Shown here one piece after another: positions 56,091 through 64,000 of a stretch of DNA of 64,000 nt. The DNA comes from a virus. The notes beneath the pieces were generated by a model. That model was given only the letters and a program-made list of their open reading frames with translations, was not told the DNA's origin and did no database searches. Both the position numbers and the translations under genes were made by a program. How positions within the stretch are numbered: position 1 is the stretch's first letter; each line of letters starts with the position of its first letter. Location of the stretch: IMG/VR virus record IMGVR_UViG_3300032304_002285, positions 64,001 through 128,000 of that record; one strand, given 5' to 3'.

Positions 56091-56858
56091 GTGGGTATGT
56101 CAGACAATATTGCTCGTTTCCCTGTTTCTCTCCTTGATTTGGTTAGTTATTTTAATGGGACCAATCGGTGTAAAGACCCGAATTGTCGTTGCCATTTAGC
56201 TATGGCTAATCACTCTCACCTTGTCGAATCTTCCCCCATTGTCCGGGTCCCTGTCACTCAGAAGCATGCTGTTGCCATTCTTTCTGGCAAGTTTGTTTGT
56301 GAGGACAAAAACTGCAAGTGTCACAAAAGTAGTGCTTATATTGGCGATGCTTTCTATGAATCAATAAATAAATTGGTTTGGAAGTTGGCTAATAAATATG
56401 CAATCACTTGCAAATTAGATGACGTGAAGGACTTGGGAGGTATTTGTTTTAATCGAATCGTCAAGATGCTTCACAAGTATGATCCAAAGTACGAGTTCTC
56501 TACTTGGGTTTGGACGGTTTGTGAAAACATCCTTCGCCATCAGTGCGAGAAGACTAAGAGGTATATTGACGTTTTTCAGCCGGTTGACGATGATACTAAT
56601 TTAATTGGCAAGAAAGAAGGTGATTCTTTTCTTTTTGCTGAAATGGTATCAGCCATTGATGACTTGAAAGAAGAGTTCCCGGCTTGGGAGGGCTTCTTGA
56701 CTGCTTTATTTGGTAATACAAAGGAGGCTGGGTATTGCATGCCCGATGCTGTTTGTATTGCCAAGTCTGCTCGTGTTGCTGGAAGATCTTACAATGAGGT
56801 TCACCTCTTTATGAAAGAGGTTGTGAGACCTTTTTTTTCTGAGAGATTCGGGTTGTGA
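56091..56858 (+). CDS. Sigma-70-family (region 2) phage sigma factor with N-terminal Cys/His repeats
   Basis: LVWKLANKY...DL...IVKMLHKYDPKYEFSTWVWTVCENILRH. Confidence 0.7.
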   Translation: MGMSDNIARFPVSLLDLVSYFNGTNRCKDPNCRCHLAMANHSHLVESSPIVRVPVTQKHAVAILSGKFVCEDKNCKCHKSSAYIGDAFYESINKLVWKLANKYAITCKLDDVKDLGGICFNRIVKMLHKYDPKYEFSTWVWTVCENILRHQCEKTKRYIDVFQPVDDDTNLIGKKEGDSFLFAEMVSAIDDLKEEFPAWEGFLTALFGNTKEAGYCMPDAVCIAKSARVAGRSYNEVHLFMKEVVRPFFSERFGL

Positions 56859-56889
56859 TTTAACTGAAGAGAAGAGGAGATGTAAAAAA

Positions 56890-57648
56890 ATGGGAACGGA
56901 AGAGGCTGAGAAGAGTGTTGTTGCTGGAGCAAAGGTTCATCATTCGGCTACTTGCTGGGGACATTTTGATAAGAAAGCCAAGGAATGCTCACAGTGCTTG
57001 GTTTTCCAAGCGTGTCTGGAGGCTACTGTCAATATTAACACGCTACAGGCTTCTCCTGCTAAGGCAAAGCCGGTAGCTACAGTTACTCCTGCTCCTGTGG
57101 TTATTGCTACTCCTGTGGCTCCTGTTGTTGCTTCTGGGTGTGTTGCGTCCTCTTCTCCTGTCCATAAGAAAGTGGTTAAGCCAGAAATTTTGGCGACTCC
57201 TGTTAGGACGGCTGATGTTGAGGTTGTGAAAAAACAGGAAGAGGATGTTCCTGTTGAAGAAATTAAGATTGAGGTAAAAAAGGAAGAGCCAAAGGTTCTT
57301 GCGATTGTCCCGGAAGTTGCTCCTGTGTTGGTTGTGGAGCCTCAGAAGGATGATTTGGATCAGCTTCCTATCATTAACATGTTGAAGGAAAAGCTTGGAG
57401 TAGAGCCGAATGTTAAGGGTGGGTTTGGTTCTGATGTCTATCTCTTCATTTATGGAGAGGATAAGGGTTTGCAGGTTGTCCTTCAAAAGGCATCTGGTGA
57501 TGCTGTTTTCATGAATAAGGACGGGGTTAAGAAGGAGTTTTCTTATTTTAAGACAGTGAAGGTAAAGGGAGGGAAGCCAACGAAAGAAAGGCTTTCGTAT
57601 CAAGAGAAGACCAAGAAGATTCAAGAAATCTTTGACGCTGTTCTCTAA
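56890..57648 (+). CDS. Protein with an N-terminal four-Cys motif and a Pro/Ala/Val-rich linker
   Basis: CWGHFDKKAKECSQCLVFQAC, followed by a low-complexity linker. Confidence 0.7.
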   Translation: MGTEEAEKSVVAGAKVHHSATCWGHFDKKAKECSQCLVFQACLEATVNINTLQASPAKAKPVATVTPAPVVIATPVAPVVASGCVASSSPVHKKVVKPEILATPVRTADVEVVKKQEEDVPVEEIKIEVKKEEPKVLAIVPEVAPVLVVEPQKDDLDQLPIINMLKEKLGVEPNVKGGFGSDVYLFIYGEDKGLQVVLQKASGDAVFMNKDGVKKEFSYFKTVKVKGGKPTKERLSYQEKTKKIQEIFDAVL

Positions 57649-57649
57649 T

Positions 57650-58549
57650 ATGTATACGATTGACTTTCCTTATTATCAGCCTCCTTTTCCGGAATATAAT
57701 CCGGTCCAAAGTGCTGTAATTCCGTTCATTGATAAAGATATGAACGTGGTTGCAGCATTTGGAACAGCAACAGGGAAGACAGTCTTAGCCGAATGTGCTT
57801 TTGCTTATCACTTAAGTCAAAATGATTCGGCTAGGGTTGTCTTTGTCTGTCCTTTCCGTAGCCTTAGTGAGGAAAAGTTTAAGGCTTGGAAAGCGAACGA
57901 TCAATTGTCTAAGTACTCTGTGGTTATTAGCACTAGTGACCATGGAACTACTCCTGAGGAATTCATACAGGGGAGATTGTCGATTGTAACCTCAGAGTCT
58001 TTTGATTCAAAGGTTCGGGGAAGTCGGTACCGGGATTGGGTCAATTCAATTACTTGTGTTGTAGTTGATGAGGCTCATATCATGGGGGAAAGAAATGGTT
58101 CGATAGAGACATCATTGATGAGAATAACCAAGATAAATCCTCAAGCGAGGATTATTCTTCTTTCTGCTACGCTGGGTAATGCTATAGATTTGGCGAAGTG
58201 GTTGAAGAAGCTGAATGGTAAAACAACGAAATGTTTTACTAGTAGTTGGAGACCAACAGCTATTACTACTGAAATTCATGTGGTAGAGGATGGATATCAG
58301 GATAAGATAGATAAGGCTGTTGAGCTTGCTTCTAATAATGAAGGGAAGATCATTATTTTTGTTCATTCAAAGGTTCTTGGTGCTGATATATGCAAGAGGT
58401 TGAAATCTTCCGGTTTTAGATCTGCTTTCCATAATGCTTCTTTGTCATTTGCTTTAAGAAACAAAATAGAAAAAGCTTTTTCTGATCCAAGATCTGGATT
58501 GGATATTTTGGTCTCAACAAGCACTTTGGGTGCGGGTGTAAATTTATAA
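57650..58549 (+). CDS. Ski2/Hel308-like SF2 helicase, N-terminal half
   Basis: AFGTATGKT, VVVDEAH, LSAT, IIFVHSK, AFHNASL. Ends at LVSTSTLGAGVNL* within motif V. Confidence 0.85.
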   Translation: MYTIDFPYYQPPFPEYNPVQSAVIPFIDKDMNVVAAFGTATGKTVLAECAFAYHLSQNDSARVVFVCPFRSLSEEKFKAWKANDQLSKYSVVISTSDHGTTPEEFIQGRLSIVTSESFDSKVRGSRYRDWVNSITCVVVDEAHIMGERNGSIETSLMRITKINPQARIILLSATLGNAIDLAKWLKKLNGKTTKCFTSSWRPTAITTEIHVVEDGYQDKIDKAVELASNNEGKIIIFVHSKVLGADICKRLKSSGFRSAFHNASLSFALRNKIEKAFSDPRSGLDILVSTSTLGAGVNL

Positions 58550-58560
58550 TATGGTGTTTT

Positions 58561-59115
58561 ATGTCTTTGCAGGAAATTAAAGAAAATTGTTTGTCTTGTA
58601 AAGCTTGCCCTTTAGGTGGCAGGGGAGTTGTTTTTTCTAATATGAATGAACAAGCTTCTATCATGGTTATTGGTCAGAGTCCGGGAAAGGACGAGGTAAG
58701 GGAGGGAGAGCCTTTCGTTGGGGTTTCTGGTAAGAATTTTGATGAAGCAATAAAAGAACATGTTGGGCTAAACCGTTCATTCTTTTATTTTTCAAATGTA
58801 ATTCGGTGTTTGGTTCCGGAAAAGTATTTACTTACAGAGCAGAATTTTTCAGCTTGTCGAGTTCATCTTGATAGAGAGATAAAGGAAGTCAATCCAGTTT
58901 TGATTGTTACTTTGGGATCATCAGCTTTCGAGTCATTAACAGGGATGCATGGCTTGATGAAGCATCATGGGAAGTTTATTATTTCTTCCCGATATATGAT
59001 TCCGGTTCTTCCTTTGTTGCATCCTTCTCCTTTGGTGATGAACAATGTGGAGACTAGAGATCTTTTTATTAAAGACTTAAAGAAGATTCGGGAGTTTATT
59101 TCACAAAATGGCTGA
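58561..59115 (+). CDS. udg: Uracil-DNA glycosylase, family 4 (Fe-S type)
   Basis: CLSCKACPL...IMVIGQSPGKDE..EGEPFVG.SG...NVIRC...C...LLHPS. Confidence 0.9.
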   Translation: MSLQEIKENCLSCKACPLGGRGVVFSNMNEQASIMVIGQSPGKDEVREGEPFVGVSGKNFDEAIKEHVGLNRSFFYFSNVIRCLVPEKYLLTEQNFSACRVHLDREIKEVNPVLIVTLGSSAFESLTGMHGLMKHHGKFIISSRYMIPVLPLLHPSPLVMNNVETRDLFIKDLKKIREFISQNG

Positions 59116-60094
59116 TAGAGTAATTATTGTTGGCGCAAGTCGGCGTGGTGAGAGAATTCCCATTGGAAGTTTACGCCAAATGTGCGGACGAGCGGGAAGA
59201 GGGCATGAGTTAGGGGAGTGCCATGCTGATTTAATTGTGGCTGAAAGCGATGCTGATTATGTAGAGAATGGATTAAATCTTGCAAGTGAGTTGAGCATAT
59301 CTTCTGTCTTGAGTAAAAAGAATCTTTTGGCTTTTCATATTCTTCCTGAGATTGCATCAGAAGAAGTTTTGGATGTAGTTAGTGCTGAGTTATGGCATGA
59401 AAGAAGTTTTCATTCTTATCTTGGATTTGAGGTTAAGTGGGAAAAGATTTTTGAGTTTTTGTCTGAGCATGGTTGTGTAATTTGGGATGGTAATTTCGTA
59501 AAGATTACTCCTCTGGGGAGTATTACTGCTTCTTATTATTTCCATTCTTCAGATGTTTGTGATTGGAAGAATAATTTCTCTTTCATTTTTGAGCTTGGCT
59601 TAGAGAATGATGATCTTGCCTTGGCTTGGGCTTTGGGTAATGTAAGGAACAATCGTCGTTCTGGTGATTGTAGCAAGTTGGGTGAGATAATAGAGGATTG
59701 TCGCAACCGTCTTCCTGTTCCCTTGGAGATAGATGATGGTTGTGTATTGACTGTTCTTTTATGGTGGCATGTTTTTGGTGGTCCTCCGGTTGGCAAGTTA
59801 AAGAATCAATCAATCGAGTTAAAGAGTGACTTTGGAAGAATTTACAAGGTTCTTTCTGCTATTGATTCTGATGTATCTAATTGGGGAATGCAGAGTTTTT
59901 TTGATGATCTTTTGCTTAGGTCTAAAAAAGCAATTTCTTCGGAGCTTGTCAAACTTATCAAAATCGGCGGTATAACAAAGGGACAGGCAATAGCCCTAAA
60001 GGATAGGGGTATTAGCAATCGTAAGGAATTATTGGAGTCTAAAGAGCATATGGACCTTACAGATGTTCTAGGAGAGGGATATGACTTTTCCTGA
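59108..60094 (+). CDS. Ski2/Hel308-like SF2 helicase, C-terminal half
   Basis: MADRVIIVG...LRQMCGRAGR (motif VI). Winged-helix ITPLGSITASYY. C-terminal HhH LIKIGGITKGQA..L. Confidence 0.85.
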   Translation: MADRVIIVGASRRGERIPIGSLRQMCGRAGRGHELGECHADLIVAESDADYVENGLNLASELSISSVLSKKNLLAFHILPEIASEEVLDVVSAELWHERSFHSYLGFEVKWEKIFEFLSEHGCVIWDGNFVKITPLGSITASYYFHSSDVCDWKNNFSFIFELGLENDDLALAWALGNVRNNRRSGDCSKLGEIIEDCRNRLPVPLEIDDGCVLTVLLWWHVFGGPPVGKLKNQSIELKSDFGRIYKVLSAIDSDVSNWGMQSFFDDLLLRSKKAISSELVKLIKIGGITKGQAIALKDRGISNRKELLESKEHMDLTDVLGEGYDFS

Positions 60095-60539
60095 AAGGGC
60101 TGTTTTGACTTGTGCATCCCGGCTTAAATCCGGAAAGGTTTACGAAAGTGATATTCGTAATATCTTGAAGTGCATAAAAGTTGATGTTTCCCCGATAGAG
60201 CCTTTTTTAAATCATGTAGATTCCCTTGTACGGATGGCTGCAATTAGGATTATAGGGGCAAAGGGGAATGTTAGTTTGTTGTTTAATGTGTTGAGAGACG
60301 AGCAAGATAAATCAATTGTATTTGAGGCTATGAGGCATCTAGGGAAGCGAGGGGGAAATCTTGAAGATCTAGTTGGGATTTTAGAATCAAATGATTCTAT
60401 GATGAAGCAAGAAGCTATCGCCATGTTTAGACGTTCGGGAAATGTTGATTGTTTGTTCCCGTTATTATTTGATCAGGATCAAAATATAGTTAGTCAAGTC
60501 AAGGAGTATTTTGATGAGCGAGAAAGAAAATGTGTTTAG
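60081..60539 (+). CDS. HEAT-repeat protein
   Basis: FLNHVDSLVRMAAIRIIG...ILESNDSMMKQEAI...LLFDQDQNIVSQV. Confidence 0.7.
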   Translation: MTFPERAVLTCASRLKSGKVYESDIRNILKCIKVDVSPIEPFLNHVDSLVRMAAIRIIGAKGNVSLLFNVLRDEQDKSIVFEAMRHLGKRGGNLEDLVGILESNDSMMKQEAIAMFRRSGNVDCLFPLLFDQDQNIVSQVKEYFDERERKCV

Positions 60540-61197
60540 GGTTCCGGTTCCTAAGAACAACGTAGAATATTTCATTGGGATGGTTTATTCGTTTTCTGAG
60601 CTTTGTGGGATAAATAAGATTCCTGAGCTTCATCATCAAATTGAATTGTTAGCAAGAGCGGCTGACGTTCATTTGTATGAGAAGGATAAGGGACCCGTTA
60701 AGAATCCGGTTAACGATGAGAAAAAGAGGTTTATTTCAAGCTTCAAGAATCGGTTTTTGGTTAATTTGGGATATGAATATCCTAACACCATAAAACCTCT
60801 TGATTCTAAAATGATTGACCAGTTTATTTCCGGGAAAATTAGTCAAAATCACATTGATGCAGATTTTTACTTGGCTTGGTTTTTCGATGACTATCTTGAA
60901 GAGCGTCAATACTTGAATCCTCCGGAATTTACGACTGCTGTTTCTTCAAAAGCTTGGAACACCTTTATCTATGACAATAAGGATGCAATTAAGACGAAAA
61001 AAGAAGAGTTTATGCAGCAATCTGAAAGCATTAATTTGATTAATCGGGCTAGGGTTGTTGCTCGTTCTACAGAAGATATGGAAATTAGAACAAAAGTTTT
61101 GGAAATCCTAAAAAAGTTTCGGGACAAGGGTATAATGATTGCAGAGTTCAGGAAGGAAGTTCAGATTTTGGAAAATCAGATTAAGTCGAATCAGTAA
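60514..61197 (+). CDS. Hypothetical protein
   Basis: ATG 60514 behind AAGGAG, inside the replication block. Confidence 0.7.
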   Translation: MSEKENVFRVPVPKNNVEYFIGMVYSFSELCGINKIPELHHQIELLARAADVHLYEKDKGPVKNPVNDEKKRFISSFKNRFLVNLGYEYPNTIKPLDSKMIDQFISGKISQNHIDADFYLAWFFDDYLEERQYLNPPEFTTAVSSKAWNTFIYDNKDAIKTKKEEFMQQSESINLINRARVVARSTEDMEIRTKVLEILKKFRDKGIMIAEFRKEVQILENQIKSNQ

Positions 61198-61207
61198 AGG
61201 AGTTTTT

Positions 61208-61789
61208 ATGACAATGGCTGTGATTCAAAATATTGCTGAAATGTCTATGAAATTAGGCCAGCAAGACATTTGTGGGATTCGTCTTGAGGATGCAGGTCCA
61301 GATCTTCTTGACGTTAGTAAGCTTGATTTGGATATGCATGTTATTATGCAACCAAACGCAATTGCTTATTATGGTGCAGTGAAGAAGGAAGCTAGTAGGC
61401 AGTTGAGTAATTTAAAGAAGGCTTATGATCGTTGGTCTAAGAAGAAATATGCAGAAGCTAAGGCTAGTCTTGGTGCTGGAACCGGGAAAACCACCGTAGC
61501 AGATATTGAGGCAAGATTCATCGTTGATAATGAGATTCAGATTGAGGATTGGGAAAGGCGGATTGAGGAAGCTCAATTTGATTATGATACGATGGATTCA
61601 TATCTTGAGGCTTGGAGGCAAAAATCCTTTACGATCCGTGAATATGCCAATTTAAACAACATGGAAAACTATAACTCTAATTCCTCTTTGTCTGAGGAAA
61701 AGGCAAGGAATACGGGTTCGATGACAAGCAGTGTTAGTAGGGTTAAATCTGTGATTAGGCAAAGGCATGAGGAAAAACTTCAAGGCTAA
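61208..61789 (+). CDS. UvsY-like recombination mediator (tentative)
   Basis: Long helices (IEARFIVD...DTMDSYLEAWRQKSFTI). Sits just upstream of SSB-like and RecA genes, as in T4-like recombination blocks. Confidence 0.5.
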   Translation: MTMAVIQNIAEMSMKLGQQDICGIRLEDAGPDLLDVSKLDLDMHVIMQPNAIAYYGAVKKEASRQLSNLKKAYDRWSKKKYAEAKASLGAGTGKTTVADIEARFIVDNEIQIEDWERRIEEAQFDYDTMDSYLEAWRQKSFTIREYANLNNMENYNSNSSLSEEKARNTGSMTSSVSRVKSVIRQRHEEKLQG

Positions 61790-61826
61790 TGCCAAGGTAA
61801 AAAAAGGCAAACAAGGGAGTAGCGTC

Positions 61827-62768
61827 ATGAGTAGCGTACTGGACAAGATTCGTCGGATGAAGGAACGGGAACCGGTTCGGACTAACTTCAGTTCTTTCCG
61901 GGGTATCTTCCATTCTTGGAAAGATGCTGATAACATTGTCCGTCTGGTTGGGGAAATGACTGAGGTTCATACTCACTATGTTTGTCCCAATCCGAAACGT
62001 GGGGAACGTGGGCTGTGCCAAGGCAAGTCTTTTCAGGGTGAAGGGAAGATTCCCGCTACGGTGAATTGCCTTGATTGGGACATTGCCAAGGAAGAAATGA
62101 AGAAGGATCGTACTTGCCCCTTCTGCAAGCTTTCTGCTTTGGCAAAACAGGCTCTTAAGGAGAACCCCAACGCTGAAGAGAAGAAGTTCTTTGAGGCTCT
62201 TAAGCAGGCTTCTTATGCTCGTGTTGCTTTGAAGTGGAACATTATTGATCGTGATGACCCGTATATCATCAAGGTTGATAATGGGAACGAAATCAAGGTC
62301 CCTGGTTTGAAGATTGCTACGGTTGGAAAGGAATTGTGGCGTGATATCGAAGGTGTCTTCAATCAGTGTGGTTTTGATATCACTGATACTGATGAAGGCA
62401 TTGATATCTGTGTTACCAAGGGGAGTGGGGCTAAGACTACTTATGCAGCTAAGGCTGTATTGTTTGGGAAGCCTCTTTCCGTCAAGGTTACTCCTTTGAC
62501 TGCTGAAGAGCGTTCTTGGGATCTCCATGATTTGAAGACCATTTGTGGTAAGCAAACAGCTTTTGATTTGCTTATGGATGCACTCCATCCTGATCTTCGG
62601 GAGTTGCTGGATCTGAATTCTGGAGAGGAGGAAGCTGCTCCTGCTACTCCTCCTAAGTCTGCTGGGAAGATTCCCCGGAAGATGGCTGAAGAGGAAGAGC
62701 AAGATGATGCTCTTGGTGATGAGGATGAGGATGCAATTGGTGGTTCTTCGGGTGTAAAAAAAAAGTAA
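61827..62768 (+). CDS. Single-stranded DNA-binding protein (gp32-like, tentative)
   Basis: NIVRLVG...HTHY...CLDWD...CPFCK...WNIIDR...DITD...GIDICVTK...TTY and an acidic C-terminal tail. Start at ATG 61827 behind AAGGGAG. Confidence 0.65.
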   Translation: MSSVLDKIRRMKEREPVRTNFSSFRGIFHSWKDADNIVRLVGEMTEVHTHYVCPNPKRGERGLCQGKSFQGEGKIPATVNCLDWDIAKEEMKKDRTCPFCKLSALAKQALKENPNAEEKKFFEALKQASYARVALKWNIIDRDDPYIIKVDNGNEIKVPGLKIATVGKELWRDIEGVFNQCGFDITDTDEGIDICVTKGSGAKTTYAAKAVLFGKPLSVKVTPLTAEERSWDLHDLKTICGKQTAFDLLMDALHPDLRELLDLNSGEEEAAPATPPKSAGKIPRKMAEEEEQDDALGDEDEDAIGGSSGVKKK

Positions 62769-63052
62769 CTGAGGTTCAGGAGAAAAAGCCGGAACCGTCA
62801 AGGCAGTCTCAGGTTGCTCCTGTAGAATCTAAGCCTGTTAAGCCAGTTTCGGCTCCTGTTTCCCAGCCAGAACCGGAGAAAGAGATTCCGGTTCTAAAGT
62901 CAGAGTCTTCTGCTAGCTCGAAATCGGCTCTTGATTTCTCAAACATTGATCCTGAAAAAGACTGGGAATGTTTTGGGACTTATGACAAGAAGAGTCATGA
63001 ATGCAAAGAATGCCCATTTGCAGTTAAGTGCGAGCAGAAAAAAGGCGGTTGA
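62765..63052 (+). CDS. Start-less -1-frame extension of the SSB-like gene ending in a four-Cys motif (probable frameshift product)
   Basis: 95 open codons VTEVQEKKPEP...WECFGTYDKKSHECKECPFAVKCEQKKGG*. There is no ATG/GTG/TTG after the upstream in-frame TGA at 62726. Joined to the SSB frame by A9G. Confidence 0.7.
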   Translation, partial: VTEVQEKKPEPSRQSQVAPVESKPVKPVSAPVSQPEPEKEIPVLKSESSASSKSALDFSNIDPEKDWECFGTYDKKSHECKECPFAVKCEQKKGG

Positions 63053-63068
63053 GATAGAGGTTAAACCG

Positions 63069-63095
63069 GGGGATGGATTGTCCATCCCCTTTTTT
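63069..63095 (+). terminator. Intrinsic terminator
   Basis: GGGGATGGA/TCCATCCCC followed by T6, right after the -1-frame stop. Confidence 0.75.
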
Positions 63096-63108
63096 AGGAG
63101 AGTGGTTT

Positions 63109-64000
63109 ATGGCTTCAAATATTCAGATGACTCCTGATCGGCAAAAGCGGTTTGAACGGTTGCGGAAGATTTGTGATACGATTAAGAAGGCTGAAAAAGC
63201 CCAGGATATTATTACCTTTTTGGGTTCTGGTGATACTATTCCTATTGCTCGTTTTTCTTCTGGTTGTCCCGAATTGGATTCTGCATTGGGAGGAGGTTGG
63301 CCAAAGGGGAGGTTTATTGAACTTTTTGGGCCTGAATCTGGCGGTAAATCCACTACCTGCTTGCATGCTATCGCTGAGTTCCAAAAAGATGCTCCGGATG
63401 AAGATGTTGCTTTGGTTGACACTGAGTTTTCATTTGATGAAGAGTATGCTAGGAATTTGGGTGTAGATACTGATTTGCTTCTTGTGAATCAGCCTGAAAG
63501 TGGTGAACAGGCTCTTAAGGTTGTTCGTCATTTGATTCAGCTTGGGGTTGGTCTTATCATTGTCGATTCGGTTGCTGCTTTGACTCCTCAGGCTGAGCTT
63601 GATGGTGACATTGGCGATCAACATGTTGGGCAACAAGCTCGCTTGATGTCTCAAACAATGCGAATTCTTTGCGCTGAGGCTGGTAAGCGGGGTACTACTA
63701 TCTTTTGGACCAATCAGATGCGTGAAAAGATTGGTGTCATGTATGGGGATAAAACAACAACTCCCGGTGGTAGAGCCTTGCGCCATTACGCTTCTATTCG
63801 GGTGAATATCTCTTCTATTTCAAAAGAGAAGGATGGAGAGATTATTGTTGGGAGCAAGGTTCAGGCAGATGTAAAGAAGAACAAGACTGCTGCTCCTTTC
63901 AAGAAGGCTATCTTCTACATTTCCTTTGGAACAGGAATTGATCGGGTTGCTGCTATTTGCGATAAGGCAATTGCGATTAAGGTTGTTACAAAGAGAGGGG
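63109..64000 (+). CDS. recA: RecA recombinase, 3'-partial (absent from the ORF track)
   Basis: Translated by hand: SSGCPELDSALGGGWPKGRFIELFGPESGGKST...LIIVDSVAAL...QARLMSQ...NQMREKIGVMYG...TTPGGRAL...VKKNKTAAPFK. Confidence 0.97.
   Translation, partial: MASNIQMTPDRQKRFERLRKICDTIKKAEKAQDIITFLGSGDTIPIARFSSGCPELDSALGGGWPKGRFIELFGPESGGKSTTCLHAIAEFQKDAPDEDVALVDTEFSFDEEYARNLGVDTDLLLVNQPESGEQALKVVRHLIQLGVGLIIVDSVAALTPQAELDGDIGDQHVGQQARLMSQTMRILCAEAGKRGTTIFWTNQMREKIGVMYGDKTTTPGGRALRHYASIRVNISSISKEKDGEIIVGSKVQADVKKNKTAAPFKKAIFYISFGTGIDRVAAICDKAIAIKVVTKRG

Noticed and set aside
58550-59107. Self-splicing intron joining the helicase halves
   Set aside because: The gap is fully occupied by the UDG ORF, leaving no room for a group I or II core, and no conserved intron motifs are seen.

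Overview
This is a 64-kb segment of a large tailed dsDNA phage (jumbo-like; long non-contractile tail inferred, since no sheath gene is seen here). Essentially all genes are on the + strand and read in standard code 11. In order: (1) a multidomain glycosyltransferase and small genes; (2) a 5.5-kb RNA island (3.8-9.3 kb) with 18 canonical tRNAs, one degenerate tRNA, a tmRNA (tag AETLEFPAMPIAA), two free-standing HNH endonucleases, three rrn boxA-like motifs and six unexplained structured RNA segments, one of them a 147-nt tRNA-shaped RNA with a large insert at the anticodon position; (3) three tandem paralogs with a ribosomal-protein bL12 C-terminal-like domain, in a block with a repeated bipartite promoter; (4) a spanin-like pair (implying a diderm host), a four-repeat protein and a RelA/SpoT-type nucleotidyltransferase; (5) a neck/tail module with three tube-like paralogs, three chaperone-like paralogs, a 2216-aa tape measure, a hub-like protein, a collagen-like fibre, a triple-LamG protein and a GT2-TPR glycosyltransferase; (6) a replication/recombination block: SNF2 helicase with two inteins (one class 3 starting with Phe), DnaB, degenerate YhaM-like protein, primase, sigma factor, a Ski2/Hel308-like helicase split inside motif V by a UDG gene, UvsY-like protein, an SSB-like protein with a probable -1 frameshift extension, and RecA (partial). 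The best candidates for undescribed biology are a shared N-terminal leader on otherwise unrelated proteins including the RelA-like enzyme (a possible capsid-targeting system), the ncRNA-rich tRNA island, the bL12-like triplet, the SSB frameshift and the split helicase. No database searches were run. Family calls come from motif recognition by eye and RNA stems were paired by hand.
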